A DNA stretch of 64,000 nucleotides from Tubulanus polymorphus (Eukaryota > Animalia > Nemertea), in contig NC_134025.1 of NCBI RefSeq assembly GCF_964204645.1, forward strand, positions 17,087,101 through 17,151,100, written 5' to 3'. Below are positions 48,615-60,031 of this stretch, piece by piece. The translations under genes and the position numbers were made by a program. Position 1 is the first letter of the stretch; each line of letters begins with the position of its first letter. The notes under the pieces were generated by a model. The model was not told where the DNA came from, made no database searches, and was given only the letters and a program-made list of their open reading frames with translations.

Positions 48615-51600
48615 ATGGGGGAGAATGAACACCAGCCAGAAAATAATAATGTTAATAAAAATCAATATTATTGCCAATATTGTAAAAAATACATCGATAA
48701 ATCCCAAAAATCACGACATGAAAAAACTGCAAATCATATAAAAAATGTATTAGATTTTGAAACACTAGATAATACAAATGAAAGAAAAGAACGATTAGAT
48801 GATATGAATGTGGATGAAATAAAATGTGAAGTTTGTGATGAATTTATAACAAAAAGGAATTATAATAGACATCTCGAATCACAAAAACACCATCACAATT
48901 TGAGTAATAATGTTTTAGGAAAAGATTATTTCGATGATAAACCTCAAAAAGTAAAAAAACCAACTTCAAAAACTAAATCTATTTCAAATAAACCTTACAT
49001 GGAAAATGTTAGAAATTATATTGATTCACTAGAAATAAAAGATACAATTGAAATATTAGAAACATTACGTAGTAAAATTGGTCCTGCAGCTATTATATTT
49101 AGATTTTTTAAAGGTACAACAATAGAAGATTATAGTAAATTTAATGAAATAATAGAAAAAATACTAGATTTGATAACAGATGTTGAATATCCAAAAATTA
49201 GTATCTCTGGGAAAGTAAGTTTTTTAAAGTCAGAAGATAAAATGGATTATACTATTCAAACACTCTCTGAAGAAATAATTTCAAAAACACAAATAAAAGA
49301 GAAGTTAGAAAAAATATTTAATGAATTTAAACGTCATATTGAAGAAAGATATTTTGAGGGTTCTGGCTTAACATTGAATGAAATTATATTTTTAGATTTA
49401 AATGTTTATAATACAAAAAGAAATAAAACATCAAAAAGTAATAAAATGTTTAAAAATGATTCAAACTTTAAAACAGAAAAGGAGGATATTAAAGGATCAT
49501 CTTATATTAAATTACCATTTACAACAAAAGCAGTAATAAATGTTCAAAATGAAGATAATAAATGTTTTCTGTGGCCAATTACTAGTTGCTTACATCCAAC
49601 AGAAGATATTACACATAGTTTTAGAATAACAAATTACCGGAAATATGAAACATTATATAAAATTGATCAATATCCAGTAACTATAAAAATGATTTCTAAA
49701 ATAGAAAAAGTTAATAATTTGAAAATAAATGTATTCGAATTAATGCAATTACCAAAGACAAAAGGTGAAAATATTAAAGATTATACATTGGAAGCTTTAT
49801 ATTTAACAGAATATTATGATGATGGAAATGTTATAGATTTGTTATATTACAAAAAAGATGAAAATGAACATTATATGTGGTTAAAACAAATTGATTTATT
49901 CTTTAGAACGGAAAGTGATCACCATAATAAAATTTATCTATGTAGAAAATGTTTATCTAAATTTAGAACTGAGAATGCGTTACTAAAACATAAAGAATTA
50001 TGTGATAATAAAGATTTTTGTAAATTAATAATGCCAACAGAAAAAGATTATAAATTGAAATTTACTAATCATAAATTTTAGAATATTGTTCCATTTGTAA
50101 TTTATGGGGATTTTGAATCGTTGAATAAAGAATTAACCGATCAAGATAGAAAAGAAATATATAACAAAAAGCAATTATTAAAATCAATAGATAAAGGAAA
50201 TGAATTAAATGAAGACACAACACAAGACCCACCAATTATAAATACAATTAAAAAAGTTCACCAAAGAGCTGCTGCTTATGGAATTTACATAAAATCAAAT
50301 TATCCTGAATTATATGAAAGTCAATATATTTCTTTTAGAGGTGAAAATGTAGTTAATGATTTTAGTAACAAAATAATTGAATTAGAAAGTGATTTTGCAG
50401 AATTATTAAACAAAAATAAAAGAATAGTTATGACAAAAGAAGATGAAATTGATTTTAATTATGCAACTCATTGTTGTTATTGTGAAAAACGTTTTTATTC
50501 ATTTGATAAAAAAGTTAGAGATCATGATCATTTAAATTCAAAATATCGTGGAGCTGCTCATGAAGATTGTAATTTACAAGCTAAAAAAGTAAATTTCGTT
50601 CCAATGTTATTTCATAATTCATCCGGCTATGATACCCATCTATTTATAAAACAATTATCGGGAAAATTGGGCGCAATTAATCAAGAAATAGAAGAATATA
50701 ATGCTATGAATGATGTAAATGTAAGAAAATATTATTTTAAACTATTAGCTACAACATCTGAAAATTATATTTCATTTCAATTGGTTGCATTAGATTTTTA
50801 GATTCTTATAGATTTCTAGCAAGTTCATTAGATAATTTATCAAAAAGTTTAGTTGATAATGATTTTATAATAACTCGATATTATTATCCAAATGACCAAG
50901 ATTTTAAATTATTGAGATATAAAGGCGCAATTCCTTATTCATTTTATAAAACACACAATGATTTTAATGTAACAGAATTATTAAAAGATCAATTTTGTGA
51001 TCAATTAAAAGAGGAGTATGTAAAAGACGAAGTGTTAAATAGAACATTAAATATTTGGAAACATTTTAAGATGAAAAATCATGGCGAATTAGTTGATTTA
51101 TATTTAAAATCAGATGTTATGATATTGGCTGACATATTTGAAAAATTTAGAGAAGTTAATTTGAATCATTTTAATGTTGATCCTTGTTATTGCTACTCTA
51201 GTCCTGGTTTAACCTGGCAATGTGGTTTAAAATACACAAATGTAGAATTAGATTTATTAAAAGAACCAGACATGGTTTTATTATTTGAAAAATCAATTAG
51301 AGGTGGAATTAGTGGTGTTATGGGAGATAGATATTTTAAAGCAAATGATGAATATAAATTATTATATATTGACGCCAATAATTTATATGGTTGAGCAATG
51401 ATGCAACTTCAACCATACAAAAATTTTATATTAACAGAAGTTGAAAATGATGATAAAACTGATTGGGAAAGCGCAATTGCGAGTTTAAAAGATGAAGCAC
51501 CAATTGGTTATTTCTTTGTAGTTGATTTAGAATATCCTGAAAATATAAAGTTTAAGACAAGAAACTTACCTTATTGCCCAGAACATTTAACCGTAGATGA

Positions 51601-53676
51601 TAGTTATTTAAGTGAATACCAGAAGAAAATAAAACCGAAAGATCATGTTTTTACAGAAAAATTAATACTTACTCAAAATAATAAATACAATTATATTGTT
51701 CATTATAGAATGTTAAAATTTTATCTAAAACAAGGAATGAAATTAAAGAAAGTACATAGATATATTGAATTTAATCAACCGAAGTGGTTAGAAAAATATA
51801 TAGATTTCAATACTCAACAGAGAACCATATCAAAAACAGATTTTGAAAAAGATTTCTTCAAATTAATGAATAATAGTTTTTATGGTAAAACATGTGAAAA
51901 TATTACAAATAGAAATGATATTGAATAAGTAAATAATTCTGAACGATTAAGACATTTACAATCAAGTCCTAGACATTTAGGAAATAAAAGATTTGAAGAT
52001 TATTTAACAGCAGTTAAATTAAAAAGAACGTTTAATAAACCTATATTCATTGGTTCAACTGTTTTAGAAGTATCAAAATTATTAATGTATGATTTTTATT
52101 ATAATGTTTTACTACCACTTTTTGGGGAAAAGCATATTGAAATATTATATTTTGATTCTGTAACAGCTGACACCCCAATATTATTAAAATGTAATGATAA
52201 AATATTAATGAGAAGAATTTCAGAAATAATTCCAAAACAAAATGAATGATATATTTCGTATGGTGAAAAAGAATTAATACAAATAAATGAATTAATGGAT
52301 GTTTGGACAAGAAATGGATGGAAAAAATTAAAGAATATTATTAGGCATAAAACAAATAAGAAAATCTATAGAGTTAGAACTAAATTAGGGTTTGTAGATG
52401 TTACAGAAGATCATAGTTTAATTAAACGAAATGGTAATGAAATAAAACCAACTGATATAAAAATTGGAGATGAATTATTACATAAAAGATTTTTCCAAAG
52501 AATGAATCATATGTCATTTGATAAAATAAATGATAATATTTATAATATAGAACCCGAAACATTAGAAGAAAAAGAATATTTTATCAAAGGATTTTTTATG
52601 GGAGATGGTTCAGCAGGTGTGTATAAATATGTTTGGGGTAATAAATATTGATGGTATTTATGCAATCAAGATTTGATATTATTAGAAAGAATTAAGAAAT
52701 TCTGTGAAGAAGTTTATCCAAATAAAACATTTAAAATCATGGATGTTATGAAATCATCAGCAGTTTATAGAATACTTGTAAATAATCCTAAAGATTTTGC
52801 TATAAAATATAATGATGAATTCTATATCATGCAATAGTGAAAAGTAATACTTCAACTAAAGAAAAGATAGTTCCAGATTATGTATTAAATGCAAAAAATA
52901 ATTTAAGAAAGTGGTTCTTCATTGGATTCTATGCCGCAGATGGCACTAAAAAATTTACAAAGGATAAAAAGATAACCTTTGCACAGAAAGGAAAAGTTGC
53001 TATATCAGGATTAAATATATTATGCATTTCATTAGGATTTAATATGAATATAGAATTAATTAAATCTAAACCAAATTGTTTTAATTTAAGGCATGTAGAA
53101 AAAGAATTAACAGAAGAAGTTAAAGATTTATTTGAAATATATAACCTATCAGATTATGTTTATGATTTATCAACTGAAGATGGTACATTTAACTGTGGAT
53201 TTCCATTAATTGCAAAAAATACTAACAGTTACATACTAAAAATCAAGACAAATGACATAACAAAAGACTTAAAAACATTAAAACATCATTTTGATTTTAG
53301 CAATTATCCCAAAGATCATGAACAATTTAGCAATGATAATAAAAAGATTCCTGGTAAGTTTAAAGATCAATTAGGGGGTGATGAAATGATTGAATTTGTT
53401 GGGATAAAAAGTAAAATGTATAGTTACAGAACAAAAGATCATGAAGCTAAAAAGTTAAAAGGAATAACAAAACATGTGGTTGATAAACATATAGAATTTC
53501 AAGATTATATAAAGTGTTTATATAACTCAATTGTAATGAAACACAAAATGAATTGTTTAAGATCAGAAGATCACAAGATGTACATTAATGAAGTTGAAAA
53601 AACTAGTTTGAATCCATTTGATGATAAAAGGCATATTTTAGATGATGGTATAAAAACATTACCTTATGGCCATTAA
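48615..53676 (+). pseudogene. polB: Full-length protein-primed PolB with intein; several stops and frameshifts
   Basis: Zn fingers, DNKCFLW..HYMW, YGDFES, HNSSGYD, YLKSDV, YIDANNLYG (A), KLMNNSFYGKT (B), YFD|intein|TNS (C), KMYSY, PFDDKRH. Confidence 0.95.
52157..53220 (+). mobile_element. Intein with LAGLIDADG homing endonuclease (decayed)
   Basis: N-terminal SVTADTPILL, block B VDVTEDHSL, endonuclease motifs FIKGFFMGDGS and FFIGFYAADGT, block F YVYDLSTEDGTF, C-terminal KN followed by +1 Thr. Confidence 0.93.
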
Positions 53677-53951
53677 AACAGAAAATCAATATCATCATGC
53701 TCGAAATCACTATTGGCTTCTTCATTTTCATTTAATTGTTCTTGTATAATTTGTTTAGGTTCTTCCATTTCATTTTTCTCATTTAAATAAAGTTCTATCT
53801 TGTACCACATTTCATATCGCTCTCTTTGTTTCTTTTTGTTTGTTAATTCGTCAAATTGAATTATAATATCGATGTTTAAATAATTTACAATCTTATTTAA
53901 AAAGAATTCATAATTAATTGAATCTGTTATTCTATTTTCCAAATGATACAT
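53673..53951 (-). CDS. Small hypothetical protein
   Basis: 92-aa ORF; DSI.YEFFLNKIV remnant also at about 3325-3365. Confidence 0.45.
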   Translation of the reverse strand: MYHLENRITDSINYEFFLNKIVNYLNIDIIIQFDELTNKKKQRERYEMWYKIELYLNEKNEMEEPKQIIQEQLNENEEANSDFEHDDIDFLF

Positions 53952-53969
53952 TAATATTTGTTTGAATGT

Positions 53970-54340
53970 TTATTTTATATTTTCCGTATCTTCTGTTAAT
54001 TTAGGTTTTTCATAATAATCGTTAAATAATAAATATATATACATTTTCTTTTGTTTTGTGTTAAATTTTGATGGAATAATTGTTTTTATAATATCTTTTT
54101 TAGTTATTTCACCATTTTTATTTTCTATCATTTTCATTTTTTCAAGCCATTGCATATATTCTGGTGTATGATCTTCTATAGAAAATGTTTTAAAAATTTC
54201 ATCTAGATACTTTAATTTTGGTTCTATGACAGAATCTCTAGTTTTTTCTTCACCCCATAAATTCTTTTGCCATCCACATTCATTACAAAATAACACAGTA
54301 CCTTCTTGCCTTAAGGTCGCATAATTACATTGTGGGCATT
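53970..54340 (-). CDS. Small CxxC-containing hypothetical protein (may be the 3' part of the Zn-finger gene)
   Basis: CPQC...FCNECG..NLWGEEKTR; decayed homolog at about 2900-3300. Confidence 0.5.
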
Positions 54341-54347
54341 TTTGTTT

Positions 54348-56137
54348 TTAATTTATTGGTAATAGATCTTCATTAAGCTCCTGGTATTTTCTTACGTTTT
54401 CTTTATGTTTTATTGTTCTATTATGTAGATTTGAATTACTTGTTGTAATAATCAATTTACAATATTTACAATAATATGTTTTTCTTGTTAATTCATTATA
54501 TTGTTTTTCTAACTTTTCAACTGTTTCTTTATCTGGTAACGTTTTCTCATATTTTATTTTTTCTAATAAACTATTTTTTCTTTCATTGATTTCTGCTTCA
54601 ACTTTATTAGAAATTTTATCTATATGTACTTTACGAAATTGATGATTCTCCCAATCTTCTATATTTTCAGCGGTGTTGTCATATCGCGGAAAGACGGAAT
54701 CGCGGAATTTTCCAAAAACGCGGAATTTCTTCATTCTTACTTTAAATAGAAAACGGGTTTTCCCACGGGGATACCCACTGTCGGACAGGGCACCGGACCG
54801 ATCGATGCAACGAGTTAGGTTCGAGTCCCATTATTTGCAGGCAATTTTATATGGAATTATTATATCACGATACCGTTGACTGGCTGCCACCTGTAGAAGA
54901 AGTCAGAATCAAGTGGGGTGAAAGAGACCAGGCACCTAATGTCTATTTCTACTGGGCAAACTTCGGTTATCGAAGTTCATCGACTTTTTGAGAACTTCAG
55001 AAACGAATATTATCAGATAAATATTGAGCACGTTCGCGGTGTCGGACCGTAGTTGTAGATGGTTGCAAACATGAAATCCTACGACCAAACAAGAATCGGT
55101 TCAAATTCCTTCGTCAAATTCGTCCAGTACCGGTACCAATGAGATTCTTTTGATCCAAATAATCAGCATAGGAACATATATGTTATAGCAGTCACAAAGA
55201 TAACATTAAAAAAACGAAACCATTTTATAATCTTTCATATCATTTAATTCTAAAAGATAAACCACATTCGCTTATAACAACAATGTAGACACACAACACG
55301 CATGAACAATCCTAAGCCAGAATGAAATGTACATAATGTCTATTTATTTTCGTCTGACATCGATCCAGTTCCACAGTTGTGAGTTAACTCTGAGTTACTT
55401 AGAATCAATTCATTTCCAATGTTTTAAATCCAGAGACCAGAGTCAAATCTTAACTCGGAACTGAGTCCTGGAGAATGACCCATGGTGTCATCAAAAATCC
55501 TACGTTTACGTACCATCGATTTGTATTCCTTCAGTTAATGCAGCGATACTCTGTATCACTGAATTCGCAAAGCACGTATTGCCTAGGTTCTACATTATTT
55601 GGAACAGTATCGTTAAGTTGTTGACTGGCGATATAATAAATTATCAAATACTAATTCCCGTGGTTGAAAACCTGGGTCCGATGCCCTGTCCGACAGTGGG
55701 TATCCCCGTGGGAAAACCCGTTTACTATTTATAGTTAAAATGAAGAAATTCCGCGTTTTTGGAAAATTCCGCGATTCCGTCTTTCCGCGATATGACAACA
55801 CCGTATTTTCAGGGTTATATTTTTTTCGACAAGGCTCACAGAAATGATCTTTTATATTATCCTTGTCATAGGATAAGAAAGGTCTTTTCCAAATAATTTC
55901 AGGTTCAACTTCAACAGAATTACTATTACTTTCGTTACTATCAACATTAGCCGTTGCGCCATTAATTTTACACTCCTCTGAATGTTTTTTAACATAATTT
56001 CTTGAGAATAATTTATTACATTTTGGGCAGTTTAGTTTAGGGGGTTTATAATTTTCATCATGTTTTTTCATATGTCGAGCCATATTACTTTTTCTTAGAA
56101 GTTCACCACAAATTTCGCATGGTATCTTCTCATCCAT
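54348..56137 (-). pseudogene. Multi C2H2 Zn-finger protein split by a MITE
   Basis: CEIC..RHMKKH, CPKC, HFCEPC..NPEN|MITE|IEDWENHQFRKVH, YCKYC; rejoins in frame when 54671-55812 is removed. Confidence 0.8.
54671..55803. mobile_element. 1.13-kb non-autonomous TIR transposon (Mutator-like by TSD)
   Basis: About 127-bp TIRs starting CGGTGTTGTCATATCGCGG; 9-bp TSD TATTTTCAG (54662-54670 and 55804-55812). Confidence 0.88.
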
Positions 56138-56205
56138 TTATTTAGGAAAAATTTTATTAAAATTAATTTTTAGTGATGAGCGGTAATTTTTTTATGTTAT
56201 AAATA

Positions 56206-56358
56206 ATGGTAGAATCAAAAGAATACAGAATATTTGTAGATTCTAGAAGACTTACAAATTATAAATCACATAATTTACTAGTTCAATTAGATAGAGAATT
56301 TAAGAATTGTGTAGATTTAAAATTAGTAAATATAAGTTTATGTAATTCTTTTTATAAT
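56206..56358 (+). pseudogene. Probable penton (minor capsid) N-terminus, cut by a Polinton end
   Basis: RIFVDSR...LVQLDREFKN..LKLVNISLCNSFYN resembles single-jelly-roll penton starts; abuts AGTAATTGG at 56359. Confidence 0.5.
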
Positions 56359-56443
56359 AGTAATTGGAAGATGTGGGTTTCATACCAGAGTACGAGAGTA
56401 CTAAACACCACTCATCACCACAAGTAATTTTTTTTCCTAATAA

Positions 56444-56755
56444 ATGGGAGATAGAAAAGCATTCTTAGCAACAATAAATAACAGAATAAAACCAGCAAAA
56501 AAACAATTTGAAATAAAAAAGTTAGTTGATGTTACAAAAGAAATTGAACATAAAATATTGAAATTAGAAAAGATAAAAACTAAATATGGAGAGAAAGTAT
56601 CAGTGAATTTAAGCTACTGTAATGTTAGTACATCGCGAGAATTTAAAGTGTTTTTACCTGATAAATGGGTTTCATTGAGTACAGAGGAATTAAAAGATTT
56701 AGAAGGATTTAAAATAATATATCATGGAAAAAATGAAGATGGACTGATGATTTAG
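56444..56755 (+). CDS. Small hypothetical protein, homolog of 4388..4741
   Basis: Shared KYG.K..FLPD....LS.E.L..L...IY.GKNE pattern. Confidence 0.6.
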   Translation: MGDRKAFLATINNRIKPAKKQFEIKKLVDVTKEIEHKILKLEKIKTKYGEKVSVNLSYCNVSTSREFKVFLPDKWVSLSTEELKDLEGFKIIYHGKNEDGLMI

Positions 56756-56957
56756 AAATTGTTGATTAAATTTAAAAAAATAAATTAATAAAAATAATGA
56801 ATATCTAGAATCCGAAATGACTTATCTGGACAATTTAATTGCTCCGCATAGATAGACAAAAGTAGTGAGATGGTGCCGTATGGCACCCACATGGTGATAT
56901 TCAATTAATATTCAATTAATTTAAAAAAATTATTTTTTTTGCTTTTTTTCTAAAGTA

Positions 56958-57326
56958 TTAATCCATTTTTTTTATTGTCAATTTTGGAATTTCAGAAGTA
57001 TTTTCACTTTTAATAGCAGTTGTTTCAGGATTATAAATATCATGAATTTTATTTGATTTCTTATACCAATTACACCCAATCAAAATGAATACAATTACAA
57101 ATCCAACTGTAAAATATAGACATTTATCAAATATTCTATTATTAGAAGGAGTAGAAATAACAATATTTTCACCATTTTTATTAACATTTTTATTACTTAT
57201 TTTTTCTTTTACAGCTTTTTTATATTCTTGTGATTTAATTCCTAATTGCCGAGACCATTCAATTTGTTTCTGTGATCTCGGTTTTTTCTTCACAGTTAAT
57301 TCCTTCACTTCTTTCACCTCGCTCAT
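56958..57326 (-). CDS. Small basic TM protein
   Basis: KKKPRSQKQIEW, TM segment; homolog of 15508..15876. Confidence 0.72.
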   Translation of the reverse strand: MSEVKEVKELTVKKKPRSQKQIEWSRQLGIKSQEYKKAVKEKISNKNVNKNGENIVISTPSNNRIFDKCLYFTVGFVIVFILIGCNWYKKSNKIHDIYNPETTAIKSENTSEIPKLTIKKMD

Positions 57327-57864
57327 TTATTATAGAAATATTTTTACTTTCAATATTTGAAAATGTTATAACCCCAGTTGATAATAATGTCATAAATCCG
57401 CCTAATTGAAATGATAAATATCCAATCCATTTATTTAATTCAGTCATAACTAAATAATCATTTTTTAAATCAGCGTATAATCTATTTTCATCTTGAATTG
57501 GCAGCATATAATTACATAATTTACTATAACCTTTTACTACATTTTCTGATATCGCGTCATTAATTCTAGCTGTTCTCGCGGCTTCATAAATCTTAAATAA
57601 TCTAATAATTTCATCTGATTTCATTGTGTCTAATTCATTATAAGTTAAATTTTTACCGACAAAATTTTTACATTTTCCAGATGCTATTAATATTTCTAAT
57701 TGATGTTTACAGTAAAGATAATATTCATAATTATTATTTGTTGTAACATTATTTAAAGCACCATCATCTGGAATTAATTTGTTTTCTGTTATTCCTAAAT
57801 CATCTAAAGTTTTTTCAATTGGAACATCACCATTTTTAGATTTTATTTTCTTTTCACCTACCAT
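57259..57864 (-). CDS. Conserved Polinton hypothetical protein (201 aa)
   Basis: Homolog of 31678..32286. Confidence 0.78.
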   Translation of the reverse strand: MVGEKKIKSKNGDVPIEKTLDDLGITENKLIPDDGALNNVTTNNNYEYYLYCKHQLEILIASGKCKNFVGKNLTYNELDTMKSDEIIRLFKIYEAARTARINDAISENVVKGYSKLCNYMLPIQDENRLYADLKNDYLVMTELNKWIGYLSFQLGGFMTLLSTGVITFSNIESKNISIINERGERSEGINCEEKTEITETN

Positions 57865-57889
57865 TTATATAACAAATAAATTAGTTGTG

Positions 57890-58262
57890 TTGTTGCAACT
57901 AGAATTCAACTAGAACGTAACTAGAATTCAACTAGATTAACAAGCTAGTTGAAATATTGTTGTTTTTATTTATTTCTTGTTAAATCTAGTTGATTTTTGT
58001 TCCAACTACCAATAACTAGAATTCAACTAGAATGTAACTAGAATTAAACTAGATTAACAAGCTAGTTAAAATATTGATAAATCTAGTTGATTTTTTTCCA
58101 ACTACTAATAACTAGAATTCAACTAGAATGTAACTAGAATTAAAATAGCTTAACAAGCTAGTTAAAATATTGATAAATCTAGTTGATTTTTGTTCCAACT
58201 ACTAATAACTAGAATTCAACTAGAATGTAACTAGAATTCAACTAGATTAACAAGCCAGTTGA
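57890..58262. repeat. About 96-bp tandem repeat built of AACTAGA subunits
   Basis: CCAACTAC.AATAACTAGAATTCAACTAGAATGTAACTAG at 58002, 58098 and 58195. Confidence 0.85.
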
Positions 58263-58264
58263 AT

Positions 58265-58874
58265 TTAAATAAATTCATATTTAAATGGTTGTTGTAATCT
58301 AAATAGTAATTTTGATCTTTTAATATTTTTCAACTTATCCATATATTCATTATGTAAAATCATGTGGAATAATATCATTTTCCTCAAGTGCATTTTTCAT
58401 CGATTTTCTATCTTTATTGTAGAATAAAACTAGAAATCTAATGTTTTCTCTAAAGTCTTTAACAATTGAATTATATTTTTGATTTAAAACCCATGTTGTT
58501 ATCCCAAAATGTTTGCCAGAAAAAGCTATATAACATAACTCACTTTCTCTAATTTTTGAATCATGTAAATTTGCACAATCATCTATAATGAATAATGTAT
58601 TTGATCCTTTATAAATATCTATTGCTATTTTAATACAATTATCTAAATTTTCTTTTACTGTTTTAGGATCTAATATAATAAATTTATTATTTCTAGTAAT
58701 ATTTCTATCATAAGTTTGATTAAATTCATATGTTGGACAAAATAATACTATATTATCAAAATAGTTTTTATAAACATGTTCTAATAAATTTAATATAAAA
58801 TAAGTTTTTCCACAATTTGTTACACCAGAAATTAACATATTATGAGGCTCAAATATAAATAATTCCTTATTCAT
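58265..58874 (-). pseudogene. Packaging ATPase with late frameshift
   Basis: GVTNCGKT, LFIIDD; frame breaks near 58355. Confidence 0.9.
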
Positions 58875-60001
58875 TTATATATTTTTAATTTTACTTGATA
58901 ATATCCATTCATTGAATTTATTTGGCCATCCAACCCATTTTACTAAAGAATATTTTTTTCTTTTAACAGTTTTTGTTTTTAATACTTTTTCAATTTTATA
59001 TTCTTGTTCTAGATTTTCAGTAGTTAAACTCAATTCTTCTTCATAAAAATACCCATCAACTTCTTCACCATCTAAATCTTCTAATTTATAGACATATGGT
59101 TTTGTTGTTATTACCTTTTTTATTTTATATATTTCTCTAGTAAAATTTCGATCGTATCCTTTGTCAAATATCTTTTTATACTTAGAAATTCTAACATTTT
59201 GACCAACTTTAAATTTAGGTTCACCAAAATCATCTACAAGAAATGCTCCATATAAATTATTCCAAACAATTTCAGCATTTTCAGGTTTTCTAGCATCAAT
59301 AGGTTTCATTCCAATAGAAGAATGATAAGAATTATTATATCCTATCAATTTTGGTAAAACATCAATCCATTTAAAAGTATTATTTGCTGTAAAATATTTC
59401 CACATTCTTGTTCTTAATGTTCTATTAAATCGTTCAACAACTGCTGCTTTTTTATCTGATTTTGTTGAAAAATATTTAATATTATGATTGTCTAAGAGTT
59501 CATGAACAAGTGAATTATCAAATTCTTTTCCATCATCAAATTGTATTTTTTCTGGTTTTAGTTTATCATCCGAAAGAAATTTTCTTAAAACATTTGATGT
59601 TTGTACAGCATCTTTTCTATAAATTGGGAAACTCCATACATAACGACTAAAAATATCAATTATATTCAATAACCACCAATAATCATCATTATCTTTCTTA
59701 ACATTTTTCATATCAATTAAATCTCCTTGCCACTGTTGATCTACATAACTTACCATAGTTTTACGAGTTTTATATTTTCTAACAATTTTTTTATGTGTTG
59801 TGTATGTTGGTTGTTCTAACATAAATTCATTTATATCTTTATATTTAACTAAATTGTGTGGGATTATCTTAATCTAATTTATCTTGTTTTACTTTACGCC
59901 ATATATTTTTGGTAGAAGAATAAGCAACCGAACTCTCAGGGTTGTAATATAAATTTCTTAAATATTGTTCTTTAGTATTAGGAGTTTTTTTTACCTCCCA
60001 T
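58875..60001 (-). pseudogene. int: rve integrase with complete chromodomain; 5' frameshift
   Basis: WQGDLIDM, QFDDGKEF, VERFNRTL, YKIEKVL..LVKWVGWPNKFNEWI; original ATG at 60001. Confidence 0.92.
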
Positions 60002-60031
60002 TTATATATCGTTAATTTTAACTTTATATTT

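Larger units (their letters stand above)
48531..56358 (+). mobile_element. Polinton element C, PolB arm
   Basis: Terminus AGTAATAGGAAATGTGTTGTTTCATACC related to the element A ends; PolB starts 84 bp inside. Confidence 0.8.

Noticed and set aside
52240-52660. Alternative genetic code (TGA as Trp) rescuing PolB and the intein
   Set aside because: The same gene also has TAG (50079), TAA (51926) and frameshifts, so ordinary pseudogenisation explains it
54673-54879. ORF 54673..54879 and the start of 54348..54734 as real genes
   Set aside because: They are translations of the MITE TIR; the same peptide recurs at the end of 55613..56137
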